NCBI GenBank assembly: GCA_028534125.1
Contig: CM052817.1
Span: 92,444,001-92,508,000 of the forward strand
Length of the DNA stretch: 64,000 nucleotides
Reading direction: 5' to 3'
Source: Lama glama
Taxonomy: Eukaryota
Positions 14,046-24,660 of the stretch are shown here, one piece after another. A program made the position numbers and the translations under genes. Numbering within the stretch: position 1 is the first letter of the stretch; each line of letters starts with the position of its first letter. The notes under the pieces are model-generated. The model was not told where the DNA came from and searched no databases. It saw nothing but the letters and a program-made list of their open reading frames with translations.

Positions 14046-14484
14046 GAATATATTAACTGACAACTGGGTTAATAAAAAGGAGACAGTAATATTTTCTTCA
14101 GTAACTTCATTTTTAAGCATTTATAAAGTGCATCTTGCTCAGTCTTTCTTTTCCATCAGTTTGCATTAATAAAACATTTTAAAGTTCTTCATATTCAATT
14201 ATAAAATCCCTCTCCCATAAAAATGGTCAATCATTAGCAGTAACTTATCTAGATACTACATTTGCCAGGGTGTCTGCTTTCCCTTCCTTAAAACACTGAG
14301 AATAAAAGTCAAAAGAAATAGGTATTAGTTTTCCTTTGAAAAAAAGAAAAATAGTCCAAAACACTCTATCAGAATTCCCTGATCTTTTTAGGGTGAAATA
14401 AAGTTAATAGGTTTGTTTGCTTTGTGAAGTTATGCAGTTAGCAAAGATGCCCACTGGTCTGTTACATCCCTTCCCTGAAGATGA

Positions 14485-14599
14485 TTATGTGGCACAGTCC
14501 ACGGTCTGCCTTGACTTCATCAGTTCTCGTTTCAGCTGTTCAAAGCACACAAACATAATGACATTCCAGGATCCGAGTCGCCAGAAGGAAGGTACAAAT
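14485..14599 (-). CDS. UCP1: UCP1 exon 6 (last coding exon)
   Basis: ttccag|ATTTGTA...ACATAA; (G)[37 protein letters not shown]; 115 nt. Confidence 0.97.
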
Positions 14600-15289
14600 C
14601 TGGAAAAGTGCATGTCAGCATTCCGTTAGTTTGCATGAAGTTCTCAGAGCTATTACAGTACAGGCAGTTCATGTGTCTCCTTTCGCCACTCTTCCCCAGT
14701 GCACATGCTCAGAAGTACCTATTCCTCATCTTTCCCTCCTCTGCCTAACATGAAGTTTCATCCAGATGCCCTATCCTGCATCAGAACGATACCCAGGTGA
14801 TTACATCAGTACAAACACAGTCCCACCAAACCAGAGCTTGCCTCCTTTTTTGTGATCTTTTCTCCTTTTTTGAGGGAAAAGGAATTTTTGGTCTTGCTTT
14901 GCTTTCTGAAGGGGAAGTAGGGAACTTTAGAAGAGAAAGTAAGAGGAGAAAGCAAAGTGATGAGTACGTAGGACCATTTTCCGGAGTCGAGAAATTAATG
15001 CCAAGTCTAGATCTTGGCGATTCTTGTCCTAAGATTCTCAGGATCTAACTGCGTTTTGTTGTTGTTGTTGCTCTTGTTATTTTTAAGAATTCTGCCCAAC
15101 TGCGCAGGCCTAACGATTGATTTTGAATGCCTGTTCACAGCAATGAAATATTCCAGAAGAAAAAGATGGCATCAGTTCAGTCTGCCTTGTATAGATATTT
15201 TAGAGATCTGGCCCATAAAAATCAGCCCCAAAGATTTTGGCAGCTCTCTTAACATTTCTTCTGACTCCTGGATGTGTGTGTGTTGTGTG

Positions 15290-15620
15290 TGTTTTAACTG
15301 TGGTAAAATATACATAGCATCAATTTATCATTTTAGCCATTTTAAGTGTATAATTCAGTTGCATTCAATATGTTCTCATTGTGAGCAGTCATCACCACTC
15401 TCCATCTCCAGAACCTTTGGTCATCCCAAATGGAATCTCTGCACACATTAAAAAACAACTCCCTGCTCCTCCACCCCTCAGCCCCTGGTAACCACTGCTG
15501 CGCTTCCTGTTTCTATGAATTTTACTTCATATATGTAGACTCATACAATGTTTGTCCTTCTGTATCTGGCTCATTTTATTTAGCATAACGTTTTCAGGGT
15601 ACACCCTTGTAGCATGTATC
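15290..15620 (-). mobile_element. L1MB-like 3' end
   Basis: tgtggtaaaatatacatagc...ttttaagtgtataattcag...cagcccctggtaaccact...tgtatctggctcattttatttagcataa. Confidence 0.75.
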
Positions 15621-16478
15621 CCCCCAGAAGTTTTTAAACTTGAAAAAAATAAAATTATTGTTAAATGGCTACTGGTTGATAACTGATACATCTATTTTAA
15701 GTTAATTTTACAATATATTCCATTTGTGTTAATGTGTCATAAATGCAGATTATGGTGAATTAGCAGCTCTTGTATAATGTGTGCCATGCATTTATGCTTA
15801 TAAGGTTTGAGGCATTGCCTTACAATTTTTTAAGTTCATAGAATTCTGTTATTTTACCACCTGTAATCCTTGTGGAGTATACCCATAAATTAGTTCATAC
15901 TATATTTTCTTAGGAAGGTGATTATAATATAATATATTACAATATTGCTTTATGGGAAATTATGATCCATTATGTGATAGTAGTTTCTAGGTGAGTGTAA
16001 TCACCAAACTACATCATTTTCTACATAGCTTTTCTAGATCAGTAACAATGATTTTTCTCATCTAACAATGATTTTTTCTTTTGCTTGAATACAATCTAAA
16101 AAACAGGGCCTATTAAATTAAAATAGTGAAAATCAAATCTTGTTTTCTCATAGCCCTCTATTATGTTTTCCTTCCATTTTATACTTCTGCCCAGAGAAGG
16201 CAGAATACTGTCTACATTTCTGATAGGTGAAGACCAAGGAGGAAGTCATTGGCTTTGAAAGAGCCTCTTCAAAGCCTGGGAAAGTTTTAATATCACAGCT
16301 TTAAATTTTCTGGCACAGTGGAATTGGTGGATTGGAGAAATTTATGGCGAGGAAAAGTAGACACTAAGTATACTGCACATACTAAGGCTGGTCAGCTAAT
16401 TGTCGATTGTTTAGACAAGACAGCACCCTGCAGCACACAGATACCCTGACCACAGCATTACAGATGAGGAAGACCTAC

Positions 16479-16659
16479 CCTTTGAAGAAAGCTGATGGTC
16501 CTTCCTTAGTAAGCATCGTCATTGCGCAGTTGGGCACACTTGTGTACTGTCCTGGTGGAGAGTTAACAAACCTGGTTTTCACCACATCCACTGGAGAGGA
16601 CAGAACAGTTGTGCAAAATCCAGCGATAATAGCGGACACAAAGTGGCAGGGCACGTCAT
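16479..16659 (-). CDS. UCP1: UCP1 exon 5
   Basis: ttcag|ATGACGTG...AAAGG|gtaggt; [60 protein letters not shown]; 181 nt; third carrier signature PVDVVKTR. Confidence 0.97.
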
Positions 16660-17361
16660 CTGAAATGGACCAATGAAACAGGTCAACACCAGACTTTGGG
16701 AGGGGCTTCTCATTTTCAGTTATCAGATCTTTGTAAACCTGTTGATAACAGGAGATCAACACGGATGTCTTATCAATAAACACAATAAGGAAGGTTAAGT
16801 ATAAGTACCTTAGATTGTAAGTGCTTTAGGAAAATAACCTGTCACTTTTCTCTGCGTCCTTAGGGCATGACATAATGCTCGATACATAGGCATCGAATAC
16901 TTTTTATTGAATTAAAGTCATTGTCCAAGGAGAATTTCAATGTCTCCAGAACCTGTTAGAATAAAAACTTTAGGAATCTATTCAATGGTACTGTGTTTTT
17001 GCCAAAACCACTGAGGAGCTCCTTATGTAACTAGCTCATCCGGATATAGTGTAGGGTGGACTCACTTCCTGAATTCTGCTTTATAAAGCGTAAGATGCTA
17101 ACAGAAATCTCATCTATTAGTATTAAATGAGAATAATGCTGATGTAAGAATACAGTTGCTTCTTGGTTTTGTTGCAAAAAACAAAAACTGTTGCAGCAAA
17201 ACTTCTAAAACTTAGGGTTTTGGTTATACTGTATTGTTCAAAAGTACTTAATTTTTTAAGAAAGAAAACTATTACAATTGAGGGTTTCAGTATAACATGG
17301 CTGGAGAAACTCCAAGATGAAACTATAAATGTGCAGACTTGCTGTGTAAAAAGACAGTTAC

Positions 17362-17463
17362 CTGCTAATAGTTTGTTTTTCACAAGGGCCGCCTTCATCA
17401 GGTCATACGTCACTAGCTCTGTACAATTGATGATGACATTTCTTGTCAGATTGGGAGTAGTCC
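17362..17463 (-). CDS. UCP1: UCP1 exon 4
   Basis: ttccag|GGACTACT...GCAG|gtaact; [34 protein letters not shown]; 102 nt. Confidence 0.97.
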
Positions 17464-17562
17464 CTGGAAGACAAGAAAGTGCTTAATGGCTCCATTATAC
17501 CATAAGGTGCCAGTTGGATACATGTGTCTGAAGATGGTAAAATGCATCTTGAAGTGAGTTAC

Positions 17563-17757
17563 CTTTCCAGAGCCCCATCATGCCTTCTGTAGTGGCTATA
17601 ATTCTGTAAGCATTGTAGGTACCAGTGTAGCGAGGTTTGGGACCATGGAGATGGCTCTGTGCTTGCAGTCTGACCTTCACCACCTCTGTGGGTTGCCCAA
17701 TGAACACGGCCACGCCTCCAGTTGTGAGGCCCGCTGAGACCTTGCTTCCTAAACTAG
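17563..17757 (-). CDS. UCP1: UCP1 exon 3
   Basis: caacag|CTAGTTTA...AAAG|gtaact; [65 protein letters not shown]; carries the UCP1-typical HLH pair; 195 nt. Confidence 0.95.
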
Positions 17758-18534
17758 CTGTTGTTATCAGAGAGAAAAACGATGTGTCAAGCAAAAAAGA
17801 AAAAAACAAAAACAAAAAACAAGACCCAGAATGTATCTGTCTTTTTAATTTAGTGGTTAATATTATTGTGTCATTGTATCTTTTGTACTTCCCTAATGCT
17901 GGTGCACGTGTCAATCATATACTAAACATGTACTAAATTATAGCAGGGCTAGAAGACTTCAAAGGTGACTGAAATTTTTTAAAATAAAGGCTTTCAAGGA
18001 AAAGAAAACACACTGCCTATTTAAATAGTGTCTTAGTTCTTTCCTATATTTTGCTCAGTTCTTTCTTATCTTTAGGTCTGTTTTTCAGTATTTCCCAACT
18101 GGGAGGAGGCACCAGGGATGCTCAGTCTTCCTCTCATCAATGAGAATGTTAATGATTGGACTTCAGGGTCTTAGGAAGAACCCAAGTGGACAACCTGTCC
18201 CAATATGGGACATCAAGTGGTGTCAGGCTACAAAGGGGACAGAAACAAGAAGGAAACTAATGGAGTGATTTTTCTGTTTGTTTGCAATTTTGAAAAGTTA
18301 GCTTAGGTTACTCAAGACAGATATCATTTAGTAAAATTCCAAATAGGAGTCCAAGACCCATTCCTATAATGAAAGCATGGCCAATCACATTTACACATCA
18401 AGGACATTCTCAGTCTCTCTAATTCTGTTTCCTAATCTGTATAATAGAGGTAATAATGTCTACCTCACAGACCCATTGTGTGAGTTAAAATAATACCAAT
18501 ATAGCACTTAACATGGGGTCTTGCAATAGGAATA

Positions 18535-18660
18535 TGACAGATGTTTACTAAATTTACTGTGATAATCACTTCATGATGTATGTAAGTCAAATCATTATGC
18601 TATATACCTTAAATGTATACAGTGCTGTATCTCAGTTATATCTCAATAAAACTGAAAAAA
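18535..18660 (+). mobile_element. L1MA-like 3' end followed by a purine-rich tail
   Basis: gtaagtcaaatcattatgctatataccttaaa...agttatatctcaataaaactg. Confidence 0.75.
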
Positions 18661-19199
18661 GAAAGAAGGAAAGGAATGGAATGGAAAGGGGGAAGGGAAG
18701 GAAGGAAGAAAAAGAAAGACCCCAACAACTGTTTAGAACAGTCAATTGTGAACAATACCACCAGAATAGGCAGCTTTACATCCTTTATGCTTCCTCTCTT
18801 GCTACATTTGTAAATAAGAAAATGCAGTATTGATCTAGAAACATCCAGACTTTATCTTTACTTTGAAAGTGTAGTGTGGATAAATTTAAATTTATATTGT
18901 TGGTATAAATAATAATTATAACGTGTCCCATAAAGTTATGTTATCCAAAGGTCATTTAAAGCAGAAATGATGAAATCTGCCAAGGTAGTCACTCATATTC
19001 ACTTCCCCATCTGTACATCTCTCTGGACTGTGTGCTTTACATGGAAGTGTTTCTGATACTTGCTGGCTGGGTGGTCTTTACTTAACTTTTCTAATACTCA
19101 GTCTCCCCATCTGAAAATGGGGACAGCATTTTGCACCTACCAGCATTTTTGTATGGATTGAGTGATGCACAGAATCACATGCAAATTGCAGGAGGCAAG

Positions 19200-19420
19200 A
19201 CTGTACTGTGGTTAAAAGCTGAGGTCAGAGGCCAGCCTGCCTGGATTTGAACTCTCACTCTGCCCCTTTCCAACTGTGTGACCTTGGGCAAGTTATAAAA
19301 TTGCTCTATGCTTCCTGTTTTATCAAAGGATAAAATTAATAGTAATCTTTGCAGGGATGATGTATCTGAGGCACTTAGAACAGTAACTGGCTTATAGTAA
19401 GCACTCAAATAAACGCTAAC
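19200..19420 (+). mobile_element. MIR SINE
   Basis: gtggttaaaagc...tgtgtgaccttgggcaagtta...gcacttagaacagt...tagtaagcactcaaataaa. Confidence 0.8.
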
Positions 19421-19582
19421 TGAGCCATCAGGAACTCTTGGTATACACTCAGTTTCTTCTTTCCCTAGACAAACTCACTACAACTTAAGCCCACTCTTTT
19501 TACTCTGGTCTTCCCCAGTCTTCTTAAAGGAAATAAGCCCTTAGTGTTTGGAGTTAGGGAATTCTGGTTTTCTTCTCTTCAA

Positions 19583-19762
19583 ACCAAAGGTTTTCAGATT
19601 TGTTGCATACTAAAATTACCAGGGAAACTTGTGATAAACACAGATTCTCCGGGCCTAATCCGAGTGATTCGGATTCAGGGTACAGGGCAGTCCTCGGCAT
19701 CTGGATGTCTAACAAGCTCCACAGGTGTTTCTGACAGACTTCACTTGGGGGGACTTTGAATT
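19583..19762. mobile_element. MER5-like hAT-Charlie MITE
   Basis: tgcatactaaaattaccagggaaactt...cagattctccgggcc...taacaagctccacaggtgtttctga. Confidence 0.65.
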
Positions 19763-20075
19763 AAATATTATTTCACAAAGTATGCTTCTTCTCCAGATGG
19801 ATATCCAAATTAGGCCCAAGCCTTCCATACCTGAGTGAGTGATAAACTGCATCTGAAAAATCGATTTTGAACACTTCTTTCTCTCCCTATGAACAGTGAG
19901 TACCAAGCTAGTATTTTGGGGGTAGAGGAGGAATTTCAAATATTGATGTTTGTTTGCTTGCCAGTCTGTTATGAAGACCACTACTCTGTGCGCACCACTT
20001 TTTTTTTTTTAACAGAACAGTCCCGGAGGAGTCTCTGACTGTCACCCCTCCCAGGACAGCTCCCTGCTTGCTTAC

Positions 20076-20274
20076 TTTCTTTCCCTGTGGTGAAGAACTC
20101 CTGGACGGTATCATAGAGGCCGATCCTAAGAGAGGCGAAGCTTATTTGTCTCTGTAGGCCAGCAGGCAGCCCGCTATAGAGCTTCCCTGGCCCTTCTGTT
20201 TTTGCCAGAGTGGTGATTGTTCCCAGGACACCTTTATACCTAACAGCTCGGGAGGTCTGGCATTCGCCTTGGAT
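20076..20274 (-). CDS. UCP1: UCP1 exon 2
   Basis: ttccag|ATCCAAGGC...GAAA|gtaagc; [66 protein letters not shown]; 199 nt. Confidence 0.97.
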
Positions 20275-20818
20275 CTGGAAATGAGAAAGAGTACAGGTCA
20301 GAGGGCAGTGAAAATTGAGTAAGGGAGTCTCACCTGGTGAGAAAAAAACAAATACTGGCATCAGGTTAGCCTCTGTAGAGAAACCGTTAGCCAAGATTCT
20401 TTCCCATTATTTTCCACTATTTTCAATTCCTTTTCCCTTCTCAGCAACATCTCCCCCATCTCTCTATCTATCGAGAGAGAAAGAGGGGAAGGAGAGAGAA
20501 TCTGGCTACTATGCATGTTTGAACATACCCACTCCCATGAACTTTCCAGAAACCCAAGGAAGTAGGATCCGAAGGTGCTTCCGCCTAATTAGAAGGAAGG
20601 AGAAAGAACTTGGCTTGTAAACTCGGGAGAAGCTGATATCCTTAGCTCTTAGAACACTTAGCGCTCCCTAACTTTGGGGAAGTTTGGCAACAGTCATGGT
20701 GAACACATCCTCGGTGACCCTGTGGTTCTTCAGTTAATTCCGGAAAAATTCCAGTTTCCCACCCTAACGCATCCATCCTGTGACAGGTCCAACTTTTTCA
20801 CAGTAGGCACCTGCCCTA

Positions 20819-21318
20819 NNNNNNNNNNNNNNNNNNNNNNNNNNNNNNNNNNNNNNNNNNNNNNNNNNNNNNNNNNNNNNNNNNNNNNNNNNNNNNNNNN
20901 NNNNNNNNNNNNNNNNNNNNNNNNNNNNNNNNNNNNNNNNNNNNNNNNNNNNNNNNNNNNNNNNNNNNNNNNNNNNNNNNNNNNNNNNNNNNNNNNNNNN
21001 NNNNNNNNNNNNNNNNNNNNNNNNNNNNNNNNNNNNNNNNNNNNNNNNNNNNNNNNNNNNNNNNNNNNNNNNNNNNNNNNNNNNNNNNNNNNNNNNNNNN
21101 NNNNNNNNNNNNNNNNNNNNNNNNNNNNNNNNNNNNNNNNNNNNNNNNNNNNNNNNNNNNNNNNNNNNNNNNNNNNNNNNNNNNNNNNNNNNNNNNNNNN
21201 NNNNNNNNNNNNNNNNNNNNNNNNNNNNNNNNNNNNNNNNNNNNNNNNNNNNNNNNNNNNNNNNNNNNNNNNNNNNNNNNNNNNNNNNNNNNNNNNNNNN
21301 NNNNNNNNNNNNNNNNNN
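20819..21318. other. Assembly gap (500 N), expected to hide UCP1 exon 1 and proximal promoter
   Basis: N run 544 nt upstream of the exon 2 acceptor; no exon-1 coding sequence seen elsewhere. Confidence 0.9.
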
Positions 21319-21372
21319 AGCAGGGAAAATAAGAATAATTGCCAAAGCATCCCTAAGAACAGGTTGTGTGTA

Positions 21373-21881
21373 TAGTAGGCCACCTAATTTGATGCGGATA
21401 CATTCCAAGACCCCTACTGGATGCCTGAAACCACAGGGTTGGACTGAACCTTGTATATACTATGTTCTTTTCCTTTACATACATACCTATAATAACGTTT
21501 AATTTATAAATTAGGCATACTAAGAGAATACCCAATTGCCAGTATCACCACTCTTGCAGTTGGAAGCCATTATTAAGTAAAATAAGGGTTACTTGAGCAC
21601 ACATGCTGTGATAAGGGTGCTAAGGTGACAGTCAATCCGATAACTGGTTGGCTACTGAGTGACTAACAGGCAGGTTATACTGGACAAAGGGATAGTTCCG
21701 GGGGGAACAGAGTGAGATGGCATGACATTTCATCATGCTACTCAGAAAGGCATGCACTTTGAAACTTATGAATAGTTTATTTCTGGAATTTTCCATTTAA
21801 AATTTTCTGATTGTGGTTAACGGTGGGTAACTGAAATGGCAGAAAGTAAAACTGTGGATGGAGTGGTGGGGGAAACTACTG
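21373..21881 (-). mobile_element. MER44/Tigger7-family DNA transposon
   Basis: Minus strand follows recalled MER44 consensus (cagttaccc...aaatggaaaattccagaaataaac...gtaacccttattttacttaataatggc); degenerate cagtag- TIRs with flanking TA. Confidence 0.8.
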
Positions 21882-22147
21882 TACTGTAGAAGAAGCCAGT
21901 CCTAAGGAGATTCCAGGGGATGTCCGGGTTGAGGGGCAGATGTAGAGGGAGTCAGCGTTAAAGGTAGGTGGGCTCTGGATAAACAGAGGAGATGGAGGAG
22001 ACAGTGGGTTTGTCCTCTGAAAAACCTGTTGAAATAAAGAATGCTTGGGGCAAGTAAGTGGCAGGCAGGAAGGCAAAGATGTCTGGGAAAGCAGGGGGAT
22101 GATATGGGGATGCATTCTGTTGGCCTGACTGGGAAAGCAGATGATGG

Positions 22148-22197
22148 GGAAGGAGAGGGGGAGAGAAGAGAGACAGAGACGGAGAGAGAGAGGGAGA

Positions 22198-22228
<31 letters not shown>

Positions 22229-22260
22229 GGAGGTGGGGGGAGGGGGGAGAGAGAGACAGG
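22148..22260 (+). repeat. GA/G-rich purine microsatellite
   Basis: Interrupted (GA)n with G-runs and two gagacagagacggag units. Confidence 0.9.
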
Positions 22261-22399
22261 GTAAGAAGCTGGTAAGAGATAAAGCTGTAAAACCCAAATG
22301 AAGCCAGTTGAGAGTAGACCCTGAAAATCTGTTCTGAATGTGGACTCATGCCTGTCTCGTACTTTACAGATTGTCACATTTCATCTGGCAGACAGCTTT

Positions 22400-23000
22400 A
22401 TGAATAGCTAGGTATGGAGTCAAAGATTTTTCAGATATGACTCTAAGTTTAAGAACATGGTAGTAGGCTCAGTGATGGTGCCAACTGACTGTCATGAGGC
22501 AGTTGATAAGGGGAGGTGATTTTAGGGGCAAAGACATGAAGTCGGATTTTAAACTCTTGGAATTGTTTGAAGAGAAGGGTGTTTATAGAGCTACCATAGG
22601 AAACTGCATATAATAGGCAAAGAGTGAGAAATCAAAGCTGGGAGGTACTTGAGAGTCAGCAGTATGGAGATGATGACAGAGGCTACACATTACATGGGAG
22701 TGAGTATAATAGGGCTAGGAAAAGAGGTACTGAGGGGTACCAAGAGTTATGGTCTAGGAAGAATGGCCTTGTCAAAGGTACAATTAGGAAAGGAACAGCG
22801 TCCCCTGTCATGGAATTGTGGTATTTAAGAATATAATTAAGGAAAGATTGACAAGTGTACTATTCAGAAAAAAATGTCAAAAGAAGACAAAAACAAAGGA
22901 AAGCCTATTGGATTTGGCTCTAACATAATTGGCCCCCGTAGGGGTACAACTGTGGAGGCATTATTAGGTGGTGAGGCTGATGGCTAAGCAAAGATTTAGA
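22400..23000 (-). mobile_element. Degraded L2 LINE (boundaries approximate)
   Basis: Purine-rich; ggagtcaaagattttt, aagcctattggatttggc motifs typical of antisense L2. Confidence 0.5.
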
Positions 23001-23143
23001 ATGTTTTGTAGAGTATGACCAAATGTATAAAAGGGGGCATTATTCCTTGATAACTCTGGTGAACTTCTGCTATCAACTGGTTAGTCTCCAGCCCACAACC
23101 CAACCCTACCAACTCTACCCACTGTCCTTCACAGTGGTTCCAT

Positions 23144-23630
23144 CTATAGTGGTTTTAAAGCATAACTGCAAATTCTTCCCATCAAAAGGTGAGGGTCCAC
23201 GTCTCTTCTTTTTGCATCTGGGCAGTCTTGTGAATGCTTTACCATAGCGTAAGATAGAATTGATGCTATGCGGTTTATAAGGCCGAACCATAAAGTCCTT
23301 TGATCTTATTCACTGGAACATTTGGAGCCCTGGGCCACCATATAAGAAATCCAACTTCTCTGAGGCTGCCATGCTGGGGAGGCCCCAGGTAGGCACCTCC
23401 AGTCTTCCCCACCAAGGCACCAGACATTAGAGGGCTGCTCTCTTGGACTCTTCAGATAAACCAACCTGCCAGTTGAATACACTAGGTAATCTCCACCAGT
23501 GGGGTAGGGCAGGAGAAGCGTCCAGCTGAGTGCTGCCCAAATTCCTGACCTGGGAACTCGTGAGGAGCAGTGCAGTGGTTGTGGTTTTAAGCTGAAACCA
23601 CGTTGTCTCTTTTGTGAAGCTGGGAGTGAC
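23144..23630 (+). mobile_element. MLT1 solo LTR
   Basis: tggagccctgggccaccatataagaaatcc...gaggctgccatgctg...ctgcccaaattcctgacc...ggttgtggttttaagc. Confidence 0.75.
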
Positions 23631-24102
23631 ATACATTCTGTTTACCCTTTCCTCCAACACTACCTTCATGATGAGGAGTTGGATGCAATGGGTGGCTGGA
23701 GGATTTTGAACTTGGACTATAAAAAGACGTCACGTTACATCTTTGAAGAAACAGGGCAAACTAAAAGTTGTTTTGTTTCCTCTTATGTTTTAAAAAGTCA
23801 GAGTACAACAAGCTAGAGGAGAGGGTGAAATGAGAAAAAGATCTGTCAGAAAACAGGAAGGGTTGTGGTGCAAACCAGGTAAGAACACGCAGGGAGAGGG
23901 GAGAGTGGCTGACTGATCTGAGACCACGGAGATAAAGGACAGCAAGGGATGCTGGGCACGTGAAAGTTTGTTTCCCCACCTTTGTGGTCTGAGGCTGTGG
24001 GAGCGAACAGGCTGCAATGGCCTTCAGGTAGTTCATGCGCAGTGTTGCTCTGGCACATAGACGTCTGGTTAGCTGTGGCCAGGTAAGAGCCTTCTGCAGG
24101 AG

Positions 24103-24284
24103 TTCTTTCTGTACAGCACAGGGAAATGTGCTCAATATTTTGTAATAACTTTTAATGGAAAAACCCATGAAAACAAATATATAAATGTATGTCTATGCGT
24201 GACTGGGACATTGTGCTGTACACCAGAGATTGACACATTGTAATTGACTGTACTTCAATAAAAATTTTTCTTAATTAAGATAAA
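24103..24284 (+). mobile_element. 5'-truncated L1 3' UTR with perfect 18-bp TSD
   Basis: aagagccttctgcaggag at 24085-24102 and 24285-24302; body gactgggacattgtgctgtacaccagag...cttcaataaaa matches the copy at ~58220-58370. Confidence 0.9.
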
Positions 24285-24389
24285 AAGAGCCTTCTGCAGG
24301 AGACACTAACAGTTTATTCAGTGGTGAGTGAGACGTGTGAGGCACGGTGCCAGTACCGAAGGTCCCAGAGAAGCAGAAGGCAAAGCCTC

Positions 24390-24660
24390 GTGTGGGGAGA
24401 CCCTGAGAGGTCACAGGAGTTCCAGGTTCTGAAAAAGATTCTGGATTCCAAGGGCCAGGCTTCCTCACCCACTTCTGAGAGGCTCTGGGAAGTAGGAGAA
24501 AGTTTGCCTCAAGTTGGAAAGAGCAGTAGGGGAGAGGGTGGCGTCCCCAAAGGGTCAGACGTCTGCTCTTCTAGCACAAGAGGTAAAGCGGTAAAGAACA
24601 GGTCCGTGTCAGCAAGGGCGGCAGACCTTGTATGACGTAGCTGACAGGTGGCAGCAGGTC
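24390..24660 (-). promoter_or_regulatory. UCP1 distal (brown-fat) enhancer
   Basis: Minus strand CTACGTCA (CRE, 24633-24640), GCCCTTGCTGACACGGACCT (PPRE/RARE region), TGACCCTTTGGGGA, CCACCCTCTCCCCTACTGCTCT, TGAGGCAAACTTTCTCCTACTTCCCAGAGCC; collinear with the recalled human enhancer. Confidence 0.88.

Noticed and set aside
14485..20274. UCP1 pseudogene, or UCP2/UCP3 identity
   Set aside because: No lesions in the visible exons; the HLH motif, DCAT terminus, enhancer and ELMOD2/TBC1D9 synteny indicate UCP1.
20674..21408. ORFs over 200 aa spanning the gap
   Set aside because: Artefacts of translating N runs.
21876..22377. Ser/Leu/Pro-rich ORFs of 131-157 aa
   Set aside because: Translations of the GA microsatellite.
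24641..24656. CTCF site at the enhancer edge
   Set aside because: Only the 3' half (AGGTGGCAGC) matches; the 5' CCAC/CCAG core is missing.
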